Positions 25,104 through 31,699 of a DNA stretch of 32,000 nt are shown here, one piece after another. This stretch comes from Candidatus Saccharimonadota bacterium (GTDB lineage Bacteria; Patescibacteriota; Gracilibacteria; UBA1369; 2-02-FULL-48-14), in the NCBI GenBank assembly GCA_016699145.1, contig CP064962.1, positions 390,001-422,000 of the forward strand. Direction: 5' to 3'. The translations under genes and the position numbers were made by a program. The stretch's first letter is position 1; every line of letters starts with the position of its first letter. The notes beneath the pieces are model-generated. The model was not told where the DNA came from. It saw nothing but the letters and a program-made list of their open reading frames with translations, and ran no database searches.

Positions 25104-25826
25104 ATGAATCCTCAAAATTCAAAGAAAAAAATCATCGGAGTTTTAGGCGGGATGGGGCCGGAGTCAACCATGATTTTTTATCATGCACTGATAAGACAAT
25201 GCCAAAAACAATACGGCGCCAAATATGACGAAGATTATCCAGAAATTTTTATCTACAACCTGCCGATCCCAAATATAGTCGAAGGGTTGGGACAAGCAGA
25301 AAAAACTCTGACCATCCTTATCAAAGGAGCAAAGAAAATAGAATCAATCGGTGTAGATTTTATGGTTATGCCGTGCAATACCACGCATTATTTTTACTCG
25401 AGTATAGCAAAATCCATTTCCATTCCATTCCTCCATATTTTCCATGCCACATCGAAAAAAGTTAAAGATCATGGGTTTAAAAAAGTTGGCCTATTGGCAA
25501 CGGAAATGACAATAAAGCACAAAAGTTTTGGCAAGAGTTTCGGGAAAAACGGGATTGAGCTTATTTTCCCAGACAAAACCGATCAAGATAAACTGACACG
25601 GATTATTTTGAATATTCTGGCTGGTAAGAAACGGGACAAAGACAAAAAAGAATTAAAGCAAATAATCGATAGGATGAAACAAGACGGGGCAAAAGCAGTA
25701 GTACTGGCTTGCACCGATTTACCTATTTTACTCAAACAAGAGGACGTGGATATTCCAATTTTTGACACAGTGGAAATACTCGCAGAGACAGCGATTCAAT
25801 ATGCGATTGGGAAACCTGATCTGTAA
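25104..25826 (+). CDS. Aspartate/glutamate racemase family protein (aspartate racemase-like)
   Basis: The track ORF starts inside the tRNA. The real start is the ATG at 25104 (MNPQNSKKKIIGVLGGMGPESTMIFY). Both catalytic-Cys motifs are present: MPCNTTHYF and VLACTDLPIL. Spot GC is lower than the neighbouring genes (21/60 at 25381..25440). Confidence 0.85.
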   Translation: MNPQNSKKKIIGVLGGMGPESTMIFYHALIRQCQKQYGAKYDEDYPEIFIYNLPIPNIVEGLGQAEKTLTILIKGAKKIESIGVDFMVMPCNTTHYFYSSIAKSISIPFLHIFHATSKKVKDHGFKKVGLLATEMTIKHKSFGKSFGKNGIELIFPDKTDQDKLTRIILNILAGKKRDKDKKELKQIIDRMKQDGAKAVVLACTDLPILLKQEDVDIPIFDTVEILAETAIQYAIGKPDL

Positions 25827-25983
25827 CCCTCTCCCCGGGGAATTCTAACCTTACTTCAGCATCTTCCTAATTTTAATCTGTAAATCTGGCACATGATTTT
25901 TGAGAGATAAGGAATGAAGCAGCAAATGATTTGACAAAAAATAAAATGTAGTGGAAGTTTAGGGACTCTAACCCTTTCTTCCC

Positions 25984-26316
25984 ATGGGTGCAGAAGGCAA
26001 AAAAAATCCCGAATCCGAAAATGAGGCTTCAGTTGACGTAGAACCACTGAAAGGAGGCATCTACGACTGCAACCTCTGCATAGAAGAGTTAGGGTGTTCT
26101 GCAGAATTAGTAGTGCTTGGACATGCCGACCCAAGAACGGTATGTGACCTACATTCAAAAAACACAGCAAAGGACTTCACTTTAAGAACAGGCGCGGATG
26201 GAAGGCCCTTGGATATAGGAAGGCCAAAGCTCCAGATTCAAATCCCTTGCGGACTTGCTAAAAAAATAGGGGGAGAACTAGGGGTAGTGATCAATCGAGG
26301 ATTAGGCGAGTCTTAA
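25984..26316 (+). CDS. Hypothetical 110-aa protein (weakly supported)
   Basis: ATG-initiated ORF with a more protein-like composition than the overlapping minus-strand ORF. It contains CNLCIEELGC. I recognise no family, so it may be non-coding or a gene remnant. Confidence 0.3.
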   Translation: MGAEGKKNPESENEASVDVEPLKGGIYDCNLCIEELGCSAELVVLGHADPRTVCDLHSKNTAKDFTLRTGADGRPLDIGRPKLQIQIPCGLAKKIGGELGVVINRGLGES

Positions 26317-26370
26317 TTCACTGTATCAAAAAAGCCCCGTGGCGTAAACTGAAATCCTCACCCACTTTTT

Positions 26371-26757
26371 ATGTCCACCGCCCTTCCCCTACTCGCCGGT
26401 TTTCTGAGCTTCATTGCTCTCGATTTTGTGTGGCTCCGCCTGCTCATGTACAAAATGTACAAAAATGAAATCGGCTCCCTCATGAAGCCTGAGGTGAACT
26501 ACGCAGCAGCCGCTCTCGTCTACCTCGCTGCCATTCTTGGGATTTATTTTTTCGTGCTGCCCAAGGTTAGCAGCCTTTCTCAAGCCGCGCTCTGGGGCGC
26601 ACTGTTCGGCGGCCTGGTCTATGCCATTTATGACTTCACCAACCTGGCCATCCTCAAAAACTGGACCCTCAAAATCAGCCTCTACGATGCCGCTTGGGGA
26701 GCCATGGTGTGCGCTGCCGTGAGCACCGTGATGTTCTGGGTGAGTGTGAAAGGGTAA
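26371..26757 (+). CDS. DUF2177-family small membrane protein
   Basis: 128 aa with 4 TM segments. Motifs LDFVWL, YDFTNLAILKNW and YDAAWGA match the pattern I recall for DUF2177 (D..WL ... YD.TN.A.LK.W ... D..WG). Confidence 0.75.
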   Translation: MSTALPLLAGFLSFIALDFVWLRLLMYKMYKNEIGSLMKPEVNYAAAALVYLAAILGIYFFVLPKVSSLSQAALWGALFGGLVYAIYDFTNLAILKNWTLKISLYDAAWGAMVCAAVSTVMFWVSVKG

Positions 26758-27149
26758 AAAATGAAGCCGTGCTGGGAAGAAACGCTTGATGGAAGCTCCC
26801 CTTTATGCTTAAATAAGCCCTATACAATCACTTAAAATTCCAATGAATAAACCTAACTCAGAGGCAAGTCTAGTAACGCGAATAGCAACAGGTGCTATAG
26901 TGGTTGGAGCTCTTGCAGGAGCTGGATTCTTAAGGTAATTACAGATTATCTAGACCATCAGAGAGACGCAATATCGGCATTGCGAATGGACCTAGCAGGT
27001 CAGCAAAAAGACTGGGCGGCGATGAGAGACGAAATGGAAAAACTCAATAAAGGGCAGGCCGAACTGGAGAAAAGCATGGATGAAATCAGCAAGGTGACTG
27101 CTGAAACAATGGGTGAGACGACACCTTGAAATTTCAAACCACCCTGCCG

Positions 27150-27449
27150 TCACCTGCTACTAATAAAAAGAGCAACACCGGCGCAGAGTATAACTCCTCC
27201 AAAAAGAAGAAGTAGGAAGGAAACAATCTTGAGTTTGCCGAGCAAATAAAACGAGCCCCATCCATCCATCTTGTAAGAACGCATCACAAAAAGAAAAATT
27301 GCATTGCTCAGGAATAAAACCAAGCCTAAAACGAAGAGCGTAAAAGCATTCCATCCCCTAAAAGTGGTGTGCAAAATAAGAGCCAAAAGACTCGACCCAA
27401 AAAGAATTGCGGCGAGAGATAAAGCGGCAGGAACGTAGGGGTATTTCAT
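27150..27449 (-). CDS. Small hypothetical membrane protein (3 TM), co-oriented directly downstream of ldh
   Basis: The track start at 27455 is TTG. The ATG at 27449 gives MKYPYVPAALSLAAILFGSSLLALIL. It begins 8 nt after the ldh stop codon. No family recognised. Confidence 0.6.
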   Translation of the reverse strand: MKYPYVPAALSLAAILFGSSLLALILHTTFRGWNAFTLFVLGLVLFLSNAIFLFVMRSYKMDGWGSFYLLGKLKIVSFLLLLFGGVILCAGVALFISSR

Positions 27450-27457
27450 ATGCAATA

Positions 27458-28417
27458 TCAGTTACGATGCGCACTTTTTAAAGCAGCGGCCGACTTTTTC
27501 AGCGCTTTTTTCTCGAGTGCATTCAAAGGAAGCGAAACCAGATCCGTCACTCCCGTGCTGTCGAGAATGCACGGCACGCTCAGCGCAATGCCCCTTACAC
27601 CACAGTAGTCATGCCCTTTTTCCAAAGGCACCGACAAGGGTAAAACCACGCGAGAGTGCTGAAAAATATGAACCATGATTTCGCGGATCACCGTCCCAAT
27701 GGAATAACAGGTGTAGCCCACGTCGTGAATAATACGATAAGCCGCCTCACGAGTGTCTTTATATGCAGCATTCGCCATGCTCTTGGTGAAACCCGGCATT
27801 TTCATAAGAGCCTTCCCAGCCACATTGGCACTACTCCAAACAGGAAAAGAGGTATCCCCATGCTCGCCCAAAATAAACGCCTCAATACTTTTGGGGCTCA
27901 AACACAAAGCTTCTCCCAAATGAAATCGAAGACGCGCCGTGTCGAGCAAGGTTCCCGAACCGAAAACCCTTCCCCAAGGCAGACCCGAAAGTTTATAAAC
28001 CTCATACGTCAGCACATCCACAGGATTGCTCACTACAAGCAAGAGAGCGCGCGGAGCCACTTTCATGATTTTGGGCACAATGTCTTTCATAATGGCCCGA
28101 TTTTTTGCGATCAAATCCAAACGTGTCTCCCCTTCCTGTTGGCGAGCCCCCGCCGTAATCACCACCAAATGCGAGTTTCGAGCATAGGCATAATCATCAG
28201 TCCCCACCACCTTTGTAGCGTTAAAAAAAGCCATAGAGTGCTCCATATCAAGCACCAAACCCTCGGCCTTCTCTCGGTTACGATCAATGAGCACAAGCTC
28301 CGTGGGCGTCCCATCCATGAGCATGGCATACGCCGCTGTAGCCCCCACATTGCCAGCCCCAATCACGGTCACTTTAAACTGCGTTTGAAACGAAGGGAGG
28401 GTGCAGGCTTTGGACAT
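27458..28417 (-). CDS. ldh: L-lactate dehydrogenase
   Basis: NAD-binding motif KVTVIGAGNVGATAAYAM. ELVLIDRNREKAEGLVLDMEH is present. The substrate loop ITAGARQQEGETRLDLIAKN has Gln at the LDH-discriminating position (MDHs carry Arg there). GEHGDTSFPVWS is present. Confidence 0.9.
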   Translation of the reverse strand: MSKACTLPSFQTQFKVTVIGAGNVGATAAYAMLMDGTPTELVLIDRNREKAEGLVLDMEHSMAFFNATKVVGTDDYAYARNSHLVVITAGARQQEGETRLDLIAKNRAIMKDIVPKIMKVAPRALLLVVSNPVDVLTYEVYKLSGLPWGRVFGSGTLLDTARLRFHLGEALCLSPKSIEAFILGEHGDTSFPVWSSANVAGKALMKMPGFTKSMANAAYKDTREAAYRIIHDVGYTCYSIGTVIREIMVHIFQHSRVVLPLSVPLEKGHDYCGVRGIALSVPCILDSTGVTDLVSLPLNALEKKALKKSAAALKSAHRN

Positions 28418-28452
28418 AGGCGTAGATAAGTCAGCACCAGCTTACAACAGCA

Positions 28453-28481
28453 TTGGATTTGAGGAAAGAGGCATGTAAACT
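28453..28481 (+). promoter_or_regulatory. Putative promoter TTGGAT-17 nt-TAAACT immediately upstream of tRNA-Pro(CGG)
   Basis: TTGGAT at 28453..28458 and TAAACT at 28476..28481, with a 17-nt spacer. The -10 box ends 9 nt before the tRNA 5' end. Pattern match only. Confidence 0.35.
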
Positions 28482-28490
28482 GCCGTCCAT

Positions 28491-28567
28491 CGGGGTGTAG
28501 CGCAGTTGGCTAGCGCGCGGCGTTCGGGACGCCGAGGTCGTGGGTTCGAATCCCGCCACTCCGACCA
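28491..28567 (+). tRNA. tRNA-Pro (anticodon CGG), CCA encoded
   Basis: The acceptor, D arm, variable loop and T stem are identical to the tRNA at 25021. Anticodon stem CGGCG/CGCCG with loop T-T-CGG-G-A. T loop TTCGAAT. Discriminator A followed by CCA. Confidence 0.9.
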
Positions 28568-28608
28568 TTGAGAAAATATAGAGATATTAAATTCATAAAA
28601 GAAGGCTA

Positions 28609-29484
28609 TTAATTCATCATCAGAGCTACACCTTGTTTAATGAATCGGATCCCCATGTCTGCACCATATTCAGTTTGAAGCACAACTCTTATATTAAGAT
28701 CTGGACTCCCATCCCTCTCAAAACTACGAGTATATCCATCTGAATAAACCATGTCAGGAGGAACGTATTCAAGAACATCCTTAGAATTGCTTATAAAATA
28801 AACAAAATTAGACATATTCGCTTCCATTAATGAATCAGCCATTATTCCTGGGGGGTAACTCGCACAAAATTCACGTGACGCACTCAAAGCAAGGGATGTT
28901 TCCACAAACAGTGTATCCTCTCTCAAATGGAGTGTGCGTAGTTTAGCTTTCCATTCTTGCCTTTCTCCCCAGCCACCAATGTAGTCATTTAAATTTGATA
29001 AATAAATTAAACCAATCGTTTTGCCTTCGGTCCTCACCGTTGCATTAATCTTGGGCAAAGCAAGGAGTAACTCAGACCTCAGTGTGGTCAACTTCCCTTG
29101 AAGATATAGATTTGCAATCTTACGAAAATTTTCATTTGTCGAAAGCCAACTTTGATAATCTTTTTGGCCTCTTTTAAAACGAAAGTAATGATGCAAAGCA
29201 GAAGCTTTTTGCTTTTCAGAACCATCCTCTGACTCTCGTCCCACCAGGCTCATATTTAAAACCAAGTTCACCAATCTCAATTCTTCCGGTTTAAAAGCAC
29301 CTTTAACCATCTCCATTGTCATATCCGTCAGGTCCGGATTGAAATATTCAATGAACACCTCGACATCCGGAATCTCCCTATACAGTTCAAAATGCCTCCG
29401 GATCACCTCCAAAACCACCCTATTTCTAACAGTCATACAAGCATCGATGTCCAATAAATAAATCTCATCGAGATTCGAATTCAC
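28609..29484 (-). CDS. Hypothetical protein; probable 3' fragment of a gene split by the IS200-family element (possibly methyltransferase-like)
   Basis: The track ORF starts at GTG 29484. The same frame stays open upstream to 29610 (stop at 29611..29613), reading ...FIEPSLFEVFEFIKDVKGVGIGVGFDQIFDIAVNSNLDEIYLLDIDACMT, so it runs into the IS right-end hairpin. GVGIGVGFDQ / LLDID / IYLSNLNDY loosely resemble class-I SAM-methyltransferase motifs (weak). Spot GC is low (19/60 and 26/60). Confidence 0.55.
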   Translation of the reverse strand: MNSNLDEIYLLDIDACMTVRNRVVLEVIRRHFELYREIPDVEVFIEYFNPDLTDMTMEMVKGAFKPEELRLVNLVLNMSLVGRESEDGSEKQKASALHHYFRFKRGQKDYQSWLSTNENFRKIANLYLQGKLTTLRSELLLALPKINATVRTEGKTIGLIYLSNLNDYIGGWGERQEWKAKLRTLHLREDTLFVETSLALSASREFCASYPPGIMADSLMEANMSNFVYFISNSKDVLEYVPPDMVYSDGYTRSFERDGSPDLNIRVVLQTEYGADMGIRFIKQGVALMMN

Positions 29485-29583
29485 TGCTATATCAAAGATT
29501 TGATCGAACCCAACACCAATTCCAACCCCTTTAACATCTTTGATGAATTCAAAGACCTCAAATAAAGAGGGTTCAATGAACCT

Positions 29584-29603
29584 CCCCGAGCTTACGCTCG
29601 GGG
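29584..29603. repeat. IS200-family right-end subterminal hairpin (8-bp stem, TTAC loop)
   Basis: CCCCGAGC ttac GCTCGGGG is a perfect stem. It ends 3 nt below the tnpA stop codon (29606..29608). Confidence 0.7.
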
Positions 29604-29605
29604 TT

Positions 29606-30040
29606 TCAGCCTAGTTCAAGCTGCGCTTGGCCCGCATCTTCTTCGCCCTGTTGTTGGATATACTTTCGAATGACCTCCTCGTTAATCCCAACTGTGGAGG
29701 CAAAGTAACCTGCCGACCAAATACTTCTCGTCCCCCAGTACACTTTTCTAAGAAACGGAAACTTTATGTTCAACTCACGAGCTGTGTTGGCTTTTATTAT
29801 TCTCACCACCTCTCCCACTGCTATTTGTGGAGGTATGGAAATTAAAATATGTACATGGTCTAAATCCGTGTTTACCTCTTTCACCACCAGTTCCGGATAG
29901 TACTTCGGAATATCCTTCATCACTTCCTGCAGAAAAGCCAACACACCTTCGTTGAATATCTTCCGACGGTATTTGGTCGGCCAAACTAAGTGATAGTCAC
30001 AGATGAAAACTGCGTGTGAGCTTTTTCGTAGCTTCTTCAT
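29606..30040 (-). CDS. tnpA: IS200/IS605-family Y1 (HUH) transposase TnpA
   Basis: 144 aa. Family hallmarks are YHLVWPTKYRRKIF, the HUH motif DHVHILISIPP, and the catalytic Tyr region RSIWSAGYFASTVG...IRKYIQQQ. Confidence 0.9.
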   Translation of the reverse strand: MKKLRKSSHAVFICDYHLVWPTKYRRKIFNEGVLAFLQEVMKDIPKYYPELVVKEVNTDLDHVHILISIPPQIAVGEVVRIIKANTARELNIKFPFLRKVYWGTRSIWSAGYFASTVGINEEVIRKYIQQQGEEDAGQAQLELG

Positions 30041-30084
30041 GCCTCCACTTTACACCACCACGAAGATGCGGGCACCCACTACAT

Positions 30085-30105
30085 CCCTCGGGCTTACGCC
30101 CGGGG
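30085..30105. repeat. IS200-family left-end subterminal hairpin (imperfect, bulged T, TTAC loop)
   Basis: CCC-T-CGGGC ttac GCCCG-GGG lies 45 nt upstream of the tnpA start (30040). It shares the core CTTACGC and flanking G/C arms with the right-end hairpin. Confidence 0.7.
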
Positions 30106-30107
30106 AA

Positions 30108-30344
30108 CTACGTCAGTTGATTAGAAATAATATGGTTAGAAAAAGAGCCATATTTCTCATCAAACTCTCGCCCCTTTATCTCATAGCGAGGACCTGGAGT
30201 ATCCTCATCACGAAGTACTTCTGCAAATCGAGATCCATACGACCCCTTGGCTTCTTCAAGTAATCGACGGGCTTCTTCTTCGGATTTTCCTCTAGCAATC
30301 AGAAGCTTTCTAGCCAGAGCATCTCTATATTCACTAGGGTTCAT
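30108..30344 (-). CDS. Hypothetical 78-aa protein; probable 5' fragment of the IS-split gene
   Basis: ATG start at 30344 (MNPSEYRDALARKLLIARGKSEEEARRLLEEAKG...). The ORF terminates at a TAG at 30110..30108, just outside the IS left-end hairpin. The last few codons (..SNQLT*) are therefore probably IS-derived. Confidence 0.5.
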   Translation of the reverse strand: MNPSEYRDALARKLLIARGKSEEEARRLLEEAKGSYGSRFAEVLRDEDTPGPRYEIKGREFDEKYGSFSNHIISNQLT

Positions 30345-30505
30345 AGCGTTTCCTTAAATTTAAGCCTTCCCAGAATTATAACACTCCCTAAGCTATCTTT
30401 CAATACAGGTAAGGTACAGAAGCTTCTTCCATGTACACTGCATCTACCACTATTCTTCTCATTTTGTTTTGTTTCTGAAAACCACTGGTATTACAATCAC
30501 CAAGC

Positions 30506-31675
30506 TTGACTCCATTTTTCCCGTCTCACCACCCGACCTTGAACCCAAAAACCCTCATCATTGGAGCCTCTCTGCTAGGAAGCCTGGGCGTTTTAGCGGT
30601 ATTTGTAGAACCGAATGCAGAGCCGAATCTAGATTCGACAGTGGAAGATGTGGCGGGCAGCCCCGAGCTGCTTTCCCTGGGGTTCAACAATGCCGAACAA
30701 ATTGTGACGGACGAAGGGAGCAATGGCATCCACATGGCTTGGGTTGCGGACCAGCAACTGTTTTTTGTAAGCCGAAATGAAGAAGGCGTGCTCACAGCAA
30801 AAAGCATGGCCGAGGGGAATATTCTGCTCCCTGCACTCGCTCAGTCAAAAAATCAGGTAGGCTTGGCTTGGGTAGAAAAAATCGACGGAGAAAATTTCGT
30901 TCACGTGAGGATTTCACAAGACAGTGGAGAAAATTTTGGTGAGGCAAAAATACTGGGGTCGGGATCAGGAGTGTCTTTGCGTGCTTCTGGAGAACAGATG
31001 AGCCTGGCTTGGCACGAAAACGCAAGTCCACTGAGCTCAAAAATCATGCTGAGTGTGTGGGCTGAAAAGGAGTGGAGCGAGCCCATTCGTGTGGATGCTT
31101 CTACTCAGGCTCCCCTTTGGCCATCGGTGGCCATGGATGGCAGTGAACTCTACGTCACCTGGCGAGACAATCGTAACGGATACTACTCCATTTGGCTGCG
31201 TCGCTCCCTGGACGGAGGAAAAACTTGGGAAGAGGAACAGAACATCAGCAAAGCCATCAGCGGCGACCCTGACATCTGCCTTGGAGCGGAAAACACTGTT
31301 TGGCTGGCTCATCACGGAAAAGGCAACATCACCCTCAGGCAATCCACAGATGGTGGCGTGCATTTCAATCATGAAGAAAGCTTGGGAAGCGGCCACTTTG
31401 CGCACCTGAGTTGCAATAAGGAAACCGCAGCCATTGTGTGGGAAGACGGCGAAGCTGTGGCTTGGGCCTTCTACAAGAACGAGTTCAAAAAAATAGACGC
31501 GGGACAAATTCACGACGGCAAGACTGCAGCCGGCACCGCCTATCTCTCTCCAAAAAATGATTTTCTAGAAATTTTCTGGATAAAAATAACGGGGTCCACG
31601 CCATTATTGGGCAACTTACGCCATCAAAAAATATTCTTCAACACTTCCCAAACCCTCAAAAAAGACCTAAGTTAA
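30506..31675 (+). CDS. BNR/Asp-box repeat (sialidase-fold) exported protein
   Basis: Asp-box motifs SQDSGENFG, SLDGGKTWE and STDGGVHFN, with an N-terminal TM/signal segment (TLIIGASLLGSLGVLAVFV). There is no in-frame ATG; the start is TTG at 30506 or TTG at 30539 (MNPKTLIIG...). Confidence 0.8.
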   Translation: MTPFFPSHHPTLNPKTLIIGASLLGSLGVLAVFVEPNAEPNLDSTVEDVAGSPELLSLGFNNAEQIVTDEGSNGIHMAWVADQQLFFVSRNEEGVLTAKSMAEGNILLPALAQSKNQVGLAWVEKIDGENFVHVRISQDSGENFGEAKILGSGSGVSLRASGEQMSLAWHENASPLSSKIMLSVWAEKEWSEPIRVDASTQAPLWPSVAMDGSELYVTWRDNRNGYYSIWLRRSLDGGKTWEEEQNISKAISGDPDICLGAENTVWLAHHGKGNITLRQSTDGGVHFNHEESLGSGHFAHLSCNKETAAIVWEDGEAVAWAFYKNEFKKIDAGQIHDGKTAAGTAYLSPKNDFLEIFWIKITGSTPLLGNLRHQKIFFNTSQTLKKDLS

Positions 31676-31699
31676 ACACAGACCCTAGCCCAAAACTCC

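Larger units (their letters stand above)
29574..30124 (-). mobile_element. IS200/IS605-family insertion sequence, TnpA-only (no tnpB); boundaries approximate
   Basis: A Y1 HUH transposase gene is flanked by two related imperfect hairpins in the same orientation: CCCCGAGC-TTAC-GCTCGGGG at 29584..29603, and CCCTCGGGC-TTAC-GCCCGGGG (bulged T) at 30085..30105. This matches the subterminal LE/RE structures of this family. The exact ends are not determinable by eye. Confidence 0.75.

Noticed and set aside
25856-26170. 104-aa minus-strand ORF (Cys/Leu/Arg-rich)
   Set aside because: It has implausible composition and no motifs, and it overlaps the somewhat more protein-like plus-strand ORF. Not called as a gene.
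26235-26275. tRNA-like T-loop string ccagattcaaatccc, considered as a tRNA fragment or att-site remnant
   Set aside because: The flanks cannot form a T stem (ccaga versus ccctt). Similarity to the tRNA-Pro 3' end is limited to about 9 of 11 bases in the loop region, which is insufficient.
27656-28429. 257-aa plus-strand ORF opposite ldh; similarly 3878..4444 (-), 9557..10150 (+), 11432..12037 (+), 11964..12401 (-)
   Set aside because: Each overlaps a gene with strong family motifs on the other strand and has an Arg/His/Ser-rich, motif-free translation.
28568-30450. Integrative element with an integrase or att repeats at the tRNA-Pro(CGG) 3' end
   Set aside because: No integrase or recombinase other than the IS200-type TnpA is present. 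I could find no direct repeat of the tRNA 3' end by eye (only the 6-mer cactcc at about 30384). It is kept only as a compositional observation.
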